Of a stretch of DNA of 32,000 nt, positions 8,471 through 18,538 are shown one piece after another. Under the pieces are notes generated by a model, which worked only from the letters and a program-made list of their open reading frames with translations, was not told the origin of the DNA and did no database searches. How positions within the stretch are numbered: position 1 is the stretch's first letter; each line of letters begins with the position of its first letter. The position numbers and the translations under genes were made by a program. This DNA is from an uncultured Clostridia bacterium (GTDB lineage: Bacteria; Bacillota; Clostridia; TANB77; CAG-508): assembly GCA_947642355.1 (NCBI GenBank), contig CANRSD010000001.1, positions 32,158-64,157 of the forward strand. Direction: 5' to 3'.

Positions 8471-10988
8471 TCAGTCTATTTTTACAACCTTATATCCTGC
8501 ACTTTCTACTACTTTTTCTATTTCTTCATTCTTTATATCTAAATCTATATCTATTATTGCCTCTTTATTTTCTAAACTTACAGTTACTTTCTTTACTCCA
8601 TTAATAGAACTTAGTGCTTTTTCTACTGCTGAACTGCAATGACTACAAGACATTCCATCAATTAAAACTTTCTTCATTTTTATTAACTCCTCCTTATTAT
8701 TTTCTTCTAATTTAAAATTTGTTTTAAACTTTCTTAAACGCAATGCATTAACTACTACACAAACTGAACTTAAACTCATAGCTGCTGCACCGTAACATAG
8801 GATTTAACTTTAATCCAAAACTTAAATAAAAAACTCCTGCTGCTATTGGTATACCTATTGTATTATAAAAAAATGCCCAAAATAAATTAATTTTTATATT
8901 TCTTATAACTGCTTTACTTAAGTCAATTGCAGTAACTACATCCAATAAATTATTTTTTATTAAAACTATATCTGCTGATTCAATTGCAATATCTGTTCCA
9001 GAACCTATTGCTAATCCTACATCTGCTTTTACTAAAGCTGGACTATCATTTATTCCATCTCCAACAAAAGCTACTCTTTCTCCAGCTTTTTGTAATTTTG
9101 ATATTTCTTTTTCTTTATCTTTAGGCATTAACTCAGAAATTACTTCATCTATTTCAATTTCTTTTCCTATTGAGTTTGCAACATTTTTATTATCTCCAGT
9201 TAACATTACTGTTTTTATATTTCTTCTCTTTAATTCTTTAATTGCTTGTTTACTTGTATCTTTTATATAATCTGCTACACTTATTATTCCGAATTATATT
9301 ATTTTCCTTTGCAAAATATAGTACTGTTTTTCCACTTTCTAAAAATTTATTTGCATTATCTTCAACTTTTGATATATCAATATTATTCTCTTTCATAAAA
9401 TAAGAATTTCCACCAAAATAATATTTGTTATTTATTTTTCCTTTTACTCCTCTTCCAGAAATAGATGTAAATTCTTCTAATTCCAATAGCTCTATCTTAT
9501 CTTCTTTTATTTTCTCTAATATTGCTTCAGCAAGTGGATGCTCTGATTTTTTTTCTAAACTACCAGCAATTTTAAGTAATTCTTCATCAGAAATTAAAGA
9601 AAATATATTAGTTACTTTAGGTTTTCCTTCTGTTATTGTTCCTGTTTTATCTAAAACAACAGTATTAGTTAAATGCAATAATTCCAAACTTTCAGCTGAT
9701 TTTATAAGTATTCCTTTTTCTGCTCCTTTTCCTGTTCCTACCATAATAGCAACTGGTGTAGCCAACCCTAAAGCACAAGGACAAGAAATTACTAAAACTG
9801 CAATCCCTATACTAAGTGCAAATTCAAAAGATTGTCCTTGTAAAATCCAAAAAATACTTACCAATATTGCTATGCTTATTACACATGGTACAAATATTCC
9901 GACTTACTTTATCTGCAAGCTTAGATATAGGAGCTTTAGAGTTACTTGCTTCCTCTACTAACTTTATAATTTGTGAAAGAGTAGTATCACTTCCTACTTT
10001 TGTAGCTTTCATTTTAAAATAGCCACTTTTATTAATTGTTCCAGAAATTACATTACTTCCAATTTCTTTTTCTATTGGTATACTTTCACCTGTTATACTT
10101 GATTCATCTACACTTGAGCTACCTTCTACAATAACTCCATCAACTGGTATCCCTCCTCCTGGTTTAATAACAATAATATCTCCTGCTAAAATCTCTTCTA
10201 CTGATATTTCTTGCTCTTTACCTTCTTTCATAATAACTGCTGTTTTGGGAGCTAAATTTACTAACTTACTAATTGCATCACTTGTTTTTCCTTTAGATTT
10301 TGTTTCTAAATATTTTCCAACTGTAATTAATGTAAGTATTGTTCCAGCAGATTCAAAATAAATATCCATATTATATTTTTTTACTAATTCTATATTATTA
10401 TGACCGAAGCCCATATCCAATCATATAAATGGCAAATATACCATAAACAATTGCTGCTGTAGAACCAATTGCTATTAAAGAATCCATATTTGGTGACCTT
10501 TTAAATAATCTCTTAAATCCTACAATAAAATAGTTTCTGTTTACATATACAATTGGAAGTAATAATAAAATTTGAGTAAATCCAAAAATAATAGCATTTT
10601 GTGTTCCCGAAAATATACTATCAATTATTTTAGGTATTGGTAAACCAAACCATTCATAAAACATATGATACATTGCTATATACATAAGTGGTACCAAAAA
10701 ACAAATAGATATAATTAATCTTTTTTTCATAGATTTTATTCCATCATCATTTTCAAGTTCTTTTTCAATTTTTTTATCTTCTACACTTATTCCATAACCA
10801 GCGTCTATTACAGCTTTAATAATTATATTATCATCTAAATATTTCTCATCATACTCTGCTATCATAGTATTAGATAATAAATTAACATTTACATTTTTTA
10901 TTCCATTTAAATTTTTTACTGATTTTTCAACATGAGATGAACAACTACTACAAGTCATTCCTTGAATATTAAATTTTACTTTTTTCAT
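8471..10988 (-). CDS. copA: copper-translocating P-type ATPase with N- and C-terminal HMA domains, read across four CGG +1 sites (837 codons)
   Basis: GMTCSSC (HMA), CPC, DKTGT, MLTGDN, GDGINDSPAL, C-terminal GMSCSHC. The five track ORFs join at CGG 10406, 9901, 9291 and 8792. Segment lengths are 582, 504, 609, 498 and 318 nt, all multiples of 3. Confidence 0.85.
8789..8792 (-). other. in-frame CGG(T) +1 recoding site
   Basis: ATG TTA CGG TGC gives ..NPMLRCSSYEF... With +1 it reads LNPML-G-AAAMSLSSVCVVVNALRLRKF, the conserved last-TM motif of Cu-ATPases. Confidence 0.85.
9288..9291 (-). other. in-frame CGG(A) +1 recoding site
   Basis: ATA ATT CGG AAT gives ..NNIIRNNKCSRLYKRYK*. With +1 it reads ENNII-G-IISVADYIKDTSKQAIKELKRRNIKTVMLTGDN. 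Confidence 0.85.
9898..9901 (-). other. in-frame CGG(A) +1 recoding site
   Basis: GTA AGT CGG AAT gives ..KVSRNICTMCNK... With +1 it reads LADKVS-G-IFVPCVISIAILVSIFWIL (conserved SGxFVP). Confidence 0.85.
10403..10406 (-). other. in-frame CGG(T) +1 recoding site
   Basis: GGG CTT CGG TCA TAA gives ..GYGLRS*. With +1 it reads MIGYGL-G-HNNIELVKKYNMDIYFESAG. Confidence 0.8.
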
Positions 10989-11082
10989 AAATATTTATCT
11001 CCATATTATTTAAATAATTTAATATACCACTGTCTTGTTTAAATTTAAAAATTATTTTATAACTCTCAAGTTCTTGAACTTT

Positions 11083-11858
11083 TTTACCAAATCTCTTATT
11101 TATATCATTATTTCCATATTTTCCGGTCCCCTATTATCGGATAACCAATATATGCTAAATGTGCTCTTATTTGATGTGTTCTACCTGTATGTAAATTTAT
11201 ATCTAATATACAAGTATTTTCTTTATTATTTTTCTCCAATACATTATATTCTGTTATTATATTTATATATCCTACTTTTTTAATATTTGAAACATACACT
11301 ATATTTTTCTTACTATCTTTAAATAAATAATCTTCTAAAATCTTATGATTTTCTTTAGGTATCCCATATACTTGCGCCAAATAATGTTTTTCTATCTCAT
11401 TATTTTTAAACTTAGCAAAAAGTATTTTTAAGGCTTCATCATTTTTAGCAAATAAAACTAGACCGTTTGGTATTTCTATCTAATCTATGACAAGGTTGTA
11501 TATTATTTCCAAATTTTTCTTTTATTAATCTTGTTAAAGTAGGACCTAAATTTCCATTTGCTTCCTCAGTTACAGAAATATTTATTGGTTTATTTATTAC
11601 AAGTATATTTTCATCTTCATAAATAACTTCAAAATTAATATTTTCTATTCCAAATAACAATTCATCTGAAACAAATATTTCAATAACATCATTTTCAAAT
11701 ACTAATATATTTTCTTTAATTCTTTTTCCATTTACTTTTATATCTTTTTGCCTTAATGCTCTAAAAAGTATATTAGTACTTAAATTTGGGAAAATGCTCA
11801 AAATGTAATTATTCAATTTCTTATTATTATATTTATTTGTTACAATTATTTTTCTCAT
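11083..11858 (-). CDS. RluA-family 23S rRNA pseudouridine synthase, read across two CGG +1 sites; ends at an unexpected in-frame TAA
   Basis: S4-like N-terminus, HRLDRNTK-G-LVLFAKN catalytic motif, HTGRTHQIRAHL, GYPIIGD-G-KYG. Segment lengths are 393 and 339 nt. After the second site the frame hits TAA at 11085-11083, although homologous-looking sequence continues in the same frame to about 10970. Confidence 0.75.
11122..11125 (-). other. in-frame CGG(A) +1 recoding site
   Basis: GGG GAC CGG AAA gives ..IIGDRKIWK*. With +1 it reads GYPIIGD-G-KYGNNDINKRF (family motif GDxKYG). Confidence 0.85.
11462..11465 (-). other. in-frame CGG(T) +1 recoding site
   Basis: ACC AAA CGG TCT gives ..NTKRSSFIC*. 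With +1 it reads CHRLDRNTK-G-LVLFAKNDEALKILFAKFKNNEIEKHYLAQVYG. Confidence 0.85.
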
Positions 11859-11924
11859 ATATTTCCCTTTATTTTAAACTAATTGCCTATACTTATGCAT
11901 TTTTGTATAGGCAATCAATAAACA

Positions 11925-13737
11925 TTAATTAAAAAATTTTTCAAATTCTTCACTTGTAATTTTTTCTTTTTCTAACAAAGTATTTGCAACATTATCTAAT
12001 ATATCTCTATGCTCTGAAAGTAGTTTTTGAGCTGTAACATAAGCATTTTCAATTAATAATCTAATTTGATTTCCTACTTCATTTACAACTTCTTCTCCAA
12101 ACAATTGAAGCTCATATGCTTCATCTACTTTTAGAGAAACTGGTCCTAGACTATCACTCATTCCATATATTGTAAGCATATCTCTAGCAATTCCTGTTGC
12201 TACTTCTAAGTCATTACTTGCACCTGTTGAAATCTCATTTAAAACTAATTTTTCAGCAGCTCTACCACCCATTAATGCTACCATTTTTTCTAATAATTCT
12301 GTTCTTGACACATAAAACTTATCTTCATTAGTCCTATACATTGTATATCCACCAGCTAAGCCTCTTGGAATTATAGAAACTTCTTTCACATCATTTTGTG
12401 TAGATAAATATCTACTAACTACTGCATGTCCAGCTTCATGATAAGCAGTTAATTTTTTATCTTTATCTGAAACTACTCTATTATGCTTTTCTAATCCAAC
12501 AGTAATTTTTCTTACTGCATTCTCAATATCAATATTTTGTATAGCATCATGTCTTTCTTTTGTAGCTAAAATTGCAGCTTCATTTAACACATTTGAAAGT
12601 TCTGCACCAGTAAATCCTGCTGTATCTCCTGCTATTTCTTTTAAATTAACATCCTCTGCTAATTTTTTATCTTTACTATGAAGCTTTAATATTTCCACTC
12701 TACCATTTAAATCTGGTGCTGGAATAGTAATCTGTCTGTCAAATCTTCCTGGTCTTAAAAGTGCTTTATCAAGCATTTCTGGTCTATTTGTAGCTGCTAA
12801 TACTATTATAGTTTCACTTGTCTCAAATCCATCCATTTCTACTAATAACTGATTTAATGTTTGATTATTTTCACTTTCTGCACCACTATTACTTGTTCTT
12901 CTTGAACCAATTGCATCAATTTCATCTATAAACACTATACAAGGAGCCATTTTTTTGGCTTTTTCAAATAATTTTCTAACTCTTGAAGCACCAAGTCCTG
13001 CAAACATCTCTATAAATTCAGAACCACTCATTGATATAAATGGAACTCCTGCTTCTCCAGCTATTGCTTTAGCTATAAGAGTTTTTCCTGTTCCTGGTTT
13101 ACCATATAAAAGTATTCCTTTTGGAATTTTTGCTCCCATTTTTATATATTCATCTGGCTTCTTCAAAAAATCTACTATTTCTACTAATTCACCTTTTTCT
13201 TCTTCTAGTCCAGCAACATCTTCAAATTTAACTTTACTTTTCTTACTATCTTCTCCATTTCCATAGACTTTTCCACTATCACCACCGAAGTCCTTGCATT
13301 TTAAATATTAATATTATTAAAGTTATTAATAATATAGTTGGTAAATATGCAAATACATTTTCTAAAACACCTATAAAAGCATTTGGAGAATTCTGAATTA
13401 GTTCAACTTCTATTTCTTTATTATCAATTTTCTCATTTACCCATTCCATAAAAGCTTGTAAACTTGGAACATTTACAGTTTCTGTTCTTTCTTTTTCTGG
13501 TTTTTCTCCCTTTAAAACTACTTTAACTGCTGTACTTCCTGTTTCCATTTCTAGCTTTTCTACTTCATTTTTTTGAAGTGATACCATTAATTTATCATAA
13601 GATAATTTTTCGTCTTCTTTTTTCTCAAAATGACTATAAACCACAAAACTTGCTATAATTGCTATAATTAGAATAGGAAATATTATAAGAAATTTTTTGT
13701 CATTTTTTTTCTTATTTTTATTATTGTTATCTGCCAT
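11925..13737 (-). CDS. ftsH: ATP-dependent zinc metalloprotease FtsH, read across one CGG +1 site (603 codons)
   Basis: Two TM segments, then GKPGTGKT (Walker A), IVFIDEID, the SRH region and HEAGHAVV. ORFs 13279..13737 and 11925..13166 join at CGG 13287 (450 nt + 1359 nt). Confidence 0.9.
13284..13287 (-). other. in-frame CGG(T) +1 recoding site
   Basis: GGA CTT CGG TGG TGA gives ..KMQGLRW*. With +1 it reads [53 protein letters not shown]. Confidence 0.85.
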
Positions 13738-13759
13738 CTTTGTTACTCCTTCTCTATGT

Positions 13760-14785
13760 TTAAATTTCTGAACCTTTTGGCTCTGTATCTATATTAGTTT
13801 CTTCCTTTTCCTCTTTATCTTTAGATTTTTTATCATCTTTTTTTTCTTTCTCATCTTTTTCTTTTTTATCTTCAACATCTTCTAGTAATTCTTCTTTTTC
13901 TTTTTTCTTAGGTTCTTCTTTTATTGGTATTAACTCACCTGCACCTTTATTTATATCTACTTTTAGCATCATTACAGATGCTATCATATAAATATAAGCT
14001 ATAATCATATACATTAAACTGAAATATTTTATTTCAAAATTTGTAAATGAATAAATTACTGTATAAATTGTACTTAATATTATAGAAAGTGTTAATGAAT
14101 ATATAGCAAGAGATGCTGCACTTGCAAATTTAAGAGATATTTTACAAATTTTAGCTGTAAGCCATCCAAATACTGCTACTATTATTGTATCTTCTATTAC
14201 TGTTAAGAAATTAGCTACAAATAAAGTTATAAAAGCATAAATCCATATAATAGTTGTAATCTTTGGCATTTGACTATCATTCAAATGATTTTCAAATAAC
14301 TCCTGTTTTGTAAAATTTGATAGCCCAAATGTTGTTGCAAAATTAGTATAACTAGTTTCATACTCTAATCCACCTACAACATAAAATACTTTATCTTTTA
14401 ATAAAACTACTGAATAATATCCATCTTTTACTTCCTTTTTATACTGATTGTATAAATCTTCTGAAATATTATCACTTGTATCTACTATAAGCTTTGCATC
14501 GTATTCCTCATCATAAGCTTTCACTTTTTCTGCAACATTTAATTTTCCATCTGAATATGAAAAATCTGGAAATTCTTCTTTAAAATATGACAAAGCTTTT
14601 GTTATTTCTTTTTTCAAATTTATAGTACTAACTATAGCTAATACTATTGTACCAATAACAATTAATAGCAAAAGGTATTTCAAAGCTTTAGAAAATTTTT
14701 CTTTTATAAATATTTTATAATCCTCTAAATTAAAAATTGAAATTTTTACTCTTTTGAAAAATCCTATTTTCTTTTCTTCCTCCAT
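13760..14785 (-). CDS. multi-pass membrane protein, DUF1189-like, with a Lys/Glu-rich C-terminal tail
   Basis: N-terminus FFKRVKISIFNLEDYKIFIKEKFSKALKYLLLLIV followed by several hydrophobic segments. The ATG overlaps the alr stop (TAATG at 14787-14783). Confidence 0.55.
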   Translation of the reverse strand: MEEEKKIGFFKRVKISIFNLEDYKIFIKEKFSKALKYLLLLIVIGTIVLAIVSTINLKKEITKALSYFKEEFPDFSYSDGKLNVAEKVKAYDEEYDAKLIVDTSDNISEDLYNQYKKEVKDGYYSVVLLKDKVFYVVGGLEYETSYTNFATTFGLSNFTKQELFENHLNDSQMPKITTIIWIYAFITLFVANFLTVIEDTIIVAVFGWLTAKICKISLKFASAASLAIYSLTLSIILSTIYTVIYSFTNFEIKYFSLMYMIIAYIYMIASVMMLKVDINKGAGELIPIKEEPKKKEKEELLEDVEDKKEKDEKEKKDDKKSKDKEEKEETNIDTEPKGSEI

Positions 14786-15877
14786 TAATTGTACTCCCTT
14801 CTAATATTAGTATTTGTATATAAAGGAGCAATATCCAAAACAACTTCATTTCCAACAGTTATATCTTCTGCTCCAGTAATATCAATTATTGAATGATACA
14901 TTCCCAATCGTCCTATAATATTATATATCTTATTATTTATCTTAACTTGTAGTCTTGGTCTTGTAAATACCTTTTTTAATTCCATACATACTGACAAAAT
15001 ATTATCTTTAAAACTAAAACTATCTCTTTTGTTTTTTAAATTTAATCCATCTATATATCCTACTGGAATTACTGCAATTTCAGTTTCTTTCTTTGTTTTA
15101 AACTCATTACTATAACTAATATTATATCCCTTTGGAACCTTTTTTATTGTAATAATTTCAGTTTTAAATTCTCCTATTTTTCTAAGACCTGTATTTTTTA
15201 GCTTAATTCTACCTTGAATAGCAGAACCGTATTCTCACTGCATCTAAATTCATTTCTGAATATAAAAACAATGCTGTTGAATTTGATACATGAAAAATTA
15301 TTTCTTTGTTTATAACATTTACTTTATTCATAATATTAGTAAATCTTTCAAATTGAATATGTGTCCACTTTGAATCTATAGCTTTTGAGAAATGTGTAAA
15401 CATACCAGTCACTTGCAAATTTTCTGTATTTTTTGTAGCTTCTATTATATCATCTTCATTTGTATATATAAATCCATATCTTCCAAAACCAGTATCTATT
15501 TTCAAATGTGCTTTTGCAATTACATTTTTTTCAGAGGCTAAAGTATTTATACTTTCTCTTTCTTCTAAATTACCTATTGTTAATATAATATTATTATCTA
15601 ATAAAATTTCTATTTCTTCATTAGAATATACTTCTGAAAGCATTAAAATATCTTCTTCTATTCCTGCTCTTCTTAAAATAACTGCTTCTTGAACATCTGC
15701 AACTGCAAGAATTTGAACTCCATTATTTATTAAAAACTTAGAATATTCTATCAAATCTAATCCCATACCATTTCCCTTTACTACTGCAATCATTTTAGTT
15801 TTGCTAGAATCTATCTTTTCTTTTATTAAATTTAAATTATATCTTAAATCTTTTTGACTTATTTCAAGCTTTTTCAA
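14785..15877 (-). CDS. alr: alanine racemase, read across one CGG +1 site (363 codons, TTG start)
   Basis: MIAVVKGNGMG (PLP-Lys region), HLKIDTGFGRYG, LDAVRI-G-SAIQG. The two parts join at CGG 15229 (648 nt + 441 nt). ORF 14785..14997 is the tail of the second part. Confidence 0.8.
15226..15229 (-). other. in-frame CGG(T) +1 recoding site
   Basis: AGA ATA CGG TTC gives ..VRIRFCYSR*. With +1 it reads NLDAVRI-G-SAIQGRIKLKNTGLRKIGEF (conserved VRxG). Confidence 0.85.
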
Positions 15878-15890
15878 TAAAATATTTCCT

Positions 15891-16943
15891 TTATTTCATA
15901 AATTTCTTCTTAAATCCTCTTACAGTTCTAAATAACTTCTCTGCAAACTTATATAATTTATATTTTATGGAATTATACGGAATATATACTTCTCCTATAA
16001 ATTCTACAAATCTAGCATTAAATCCCTTTTTAAATCTATATAAGCCATATTGTGGATGATTTTCATCTACAACACCTGAAACTCCTCTAAAGTCATACAT
16101 ATCATTCTTATTATCAATAGCTTCTTGTATCATCGTCCATTGTAAAAGATAGTTTGGCATAAGATTTCTATGTGAATTACTACTTGCACCATACAAATAC
16201 CATGTTTTATTTCCATACATAATAGGAATTATACCAGCTATTGGCTTGTCCTCATAATATGCCATAAGAAGTTTCATATGTTTTGGAGCTAATGAATCAT
16301 ACATCTGTTCAAAATATGATAAAGATCTAATTAAAAAATCATCCCTTTTCCCTGTCTCTACCATAATTTTATGGAATGCCTTTAAATCTTCTTTTGCCCC
16401 TTCTTTTATAATTACTCCTTTTTTGGTAGCTAATCTAATATTATATCTTGTTTTTGAATGAAATTCACTAAATATTGTATCTTTTTCTTTACCTCTTAAA
16501 TCTAATTGAAATACAAACCTTGGTTGAATTTCATCTTTAAAATCTTTACTATCATCTTTAATTTCAAATCCTAAATTAGAAACAATTTCTCTAAACTTTT
16601 CATCTGATTTCTCAACATCTGGTTCCATCCTAAGTACAAATGCCTTATATTTTTTTGCAAGAACATCTGCACCTTCACGTAAATCTTTTAAAATTACTTC
16701 ACTATGAATATCACATACTGGACCTCTAGCTACATACATCATATTTCCAAATATAGGAATTTTACGTATCCATACACATAAACTCCCTTGAATATTTCCT
16801 TCTTTATCTTCTGATAAAATTACTTCTTTTATCCAACTAGTTTTTACATCTCCCCATTCAAGAGATTGTTGAAAATTGCATCTAGGATGCTTTTCTAAAA
16901 ATTCTTTATATCTTTTTTTATCCTTTTCTTCTAGTAATTTCAT
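15891..16943 (-). CDS. FemAB-family peptidoglycan interpeptide-bridge aminoacyltransferase
   Basis: 350 aa with FemAB-like features: FLEKHPRCNFQQSLEWGDVK.., ..YGASSN..R.LMPNYLLQW... No CGG codon. Confidence 0.75.
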   Translation of the reverse strand: MKLLEEKDKKRYKEFLEKHPRCNFQQSLEWGDVKTSWIKEVILSEDKEGNIQGSLCVWIRKIPIFGNMMYVARGPVCDIHSEVILKDLREGADVLAKKYKAFVLRMEPDVEKSDEKFREIVSNLGFEIKDDSKDFKDEIQPRFVFQLDLRGKEKDTIFSEFHSKTRYNIRLATKKGVIIKEGAKEDLKAFHKIMVETGKRDDFLIRSLSYFEQMYDSLAPKHMKLLMAYYEDKPIAGIIPIMYGNKTWYLYGASSNSHRNLMPNYLLQWTMIQEAIDNKNDMYDFRGVSGVVDENHPQYGLYRFKKGFNARFVEFIGEVYIPYNSIKYKLYKFAEKLFRTVRGFKKKFMK

Positions 16944-17087
16944 TCAAATTCCTTTCTTCTATACCACTTTAATATTAAAAAATACTTAAAATTTTATATT
17001 TTATTAGAATATATTTATTAAAATTATTTTACTTTAATTATAATAATACAATTTATCATGAATATATTCTAATAAATTATAAAATTA

Positions 17088-18461
17088 CTATTCTATCACA
17101 GTTCCTTCTTTAGTGTCTTTTACTTTATATCCTTTTTTTATAAGTTCATCCCTTAGTCTATCTGATTCTGCCCAATTTTTGTTATTTCTTGCCTCATTTC
17201 TTGCAACCACAAGTTTTTGAATATCTTCTGGTATTTCACTTTTATTACCTGTATAATCTTTTAAATTTAATCCTAATACTTCATCAAATTTTAATAATAA
17301 ATCTTTAAATTCTTTTGACTTACAAGGATTTTTAATAACTTCCCAAACAACACTCATTGCTACTGGCATATTTAAATCATCATTAATTGCTTCTAAAAAT
17401 CTATTTTCATAATCTTTAATTTCATCTAAAGAAGCTTTTTTCATTCCATTTACATGTTTTATATAACCTTCTCTTAAACGTATTAATGCAGTTTTAGCAG
17501 AATCCATAGCTTCCCAAGTAAAATTAATTTGATTTCTATAATTAGATGTAAAATTAAACATTTTATATACTAAAGGCTCATAGCCTTTTTCTTCTAATTC
17601 TTCTAAAGTATATAAATTGTTTAAACTTTTAGACATTTTTTCTCCATTTACAAGTAAAAAGTTTACATGCATCCAATAATTTGCGGGCATTTTTCCTGAA
17701 AAACCTTTACTTTGAGCAATTTCATTTTCATGATGAATTGGTATATGATCAATTCCTCCTGTATGAATATCAAAATTCTCTCCTAAATATTTATACCCCA
17801 TTGCAGAACATTCCAAATGCCAACCTGGATAACACTTTCCAAAAAATGAATCCCATTTCATTATGTGATTTTCTGGTGCTTTAATCCAAACTGCAAAGTC
17901 AGATATATTTTTCTTTCCATTATCAAATTCAACTCTTGCTCCAGCTTTTTGATCTTCTATTTTTCTATTAGATAATACACCATATTTATCTAATTTTGAA
18001 GTATCAAAATATACTGTATTTTCTGTTGAATAAGTATATCCATTTTCTATAATTTTTTTAACATATTGTTCCATAATGTCTATATGTTCAGTTGCTCTTG
18101 CTATAATTTCTGGTTTATCAATATTTAATTTATGAATATCATTTAAAAATTTCTCCATATAAAATGATGCTATTTCAAATGGATTTTTATTTTCTCTACG
18201 AGCTGCTTTCATCATTTTATCTTCGCCCTCATCTGCATCAGATGTAAGATGGCCAACATCTGTTATATTCATAACATGTTTTAAATTATATCCATTATAT
18301 TTTAATACTCTACGTAAATTATCCATAAATAAATATGCTCTTAGATTTCCAATATGTGCAAAATTATATACTGTCGGACCACAAGAATATAAACAAACTT
18401 CTTTTTCATTTATTGGATTAAATTCTTCTTTATCTCTTGTTAAAGTATTAAAAATCTTCAT
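17088..18461 (-). CDS. cysS: cysteine--tRNA ligase
   Basis: HIGN (NFAHIGNLR) and KMSKS (GEKMSKSLNN) motifs. ATG 18461 (MKIFNTLT) behind AAGGAAAG is preferred to the GTG at 18470. No CGG codon. Confidence 0.92.
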   Translation of the reverse strand: MKIFNTLTRDKEEFNPINEKEVCLYSCGPTVYNFAHIGNLRAYLFMDNLRRVLKYNGYNLKHVMNITDVGHLTSDADEGEDKMMKAARRENKNPFEIASFYMEKFLNDIHKLNIDKPEIIARATEHIDIMEQYVKKIIENGYTYSTENTVYFDTSKLDKYGVLSNRKIEDQKAGARVEFDNGKKNISDFAVWIKAPENHIMKWDSFFGKCYPGWHLECSAMGYKYLGENFDIHTGGIDHIPIHHENEIAQSKGFSGKMPANYWMHVNFLLVNGEKMSKSLNNLYTLEELEEKGYEPLVYKMFNFTSNYRNQINFTWEAMDSAKTALIRLREGYIKHVNGMKKASLDEIKDYENRFLEAINDDLNMPVAMSVVWEVIKNPCKSKEFKDLLLKFDEVLGLNLKDYTGNKSEIPEDIQKLVVARNEARNNKNWAESDRLRDELIKKGYKVKDTKEGTVIE

Positions 18462-18491
18462 TACTATCACTTTCCTTAAACTTTAAAATAC

Positions 18492-18527
18492 ATATTTAGT
18501 CTAATAGAATACTATTAGACTAAATAT
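18492..18527 (-). terminator. perfect 16-bp palindromic hairpin between the PBP gene and cysS
   Basis: ATATTTAGTCTAATAG (18492-18507), loop AATA, CTATTAGACTAAATAT (18512-18527). On the minus strand it is followed by GTATTTTAAAG. Confidence 0.6.
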
Positions 18528-18538
18528 TTCCTCATATA

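Noticed and set aside
8471-10988. Annotating copA (five ORF fragments), and likewise ftsH, alr, the PBP gene, both ABC exporter genes and the RluA-family gene, as pseudogenes.
   Set aside because: Every interruption is the same single extra C in front of a conserved Gly codon in the same frame context. Except for the lone TAA in the RluA-family gene there are no stops, deletions or other lesions, and all catalytic motifs downstream are intact. Uniform lesions of one sign are not what decay looks like.
13760-13930. A Lys/Glu/Asp-rich low-complexity stretch at the end of the DUF1189-like gene, considered as a separate feature.
   Set aside because: It is in frame with, and continuous with, the membrane protein. 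It is just a charged C-terminal tail.
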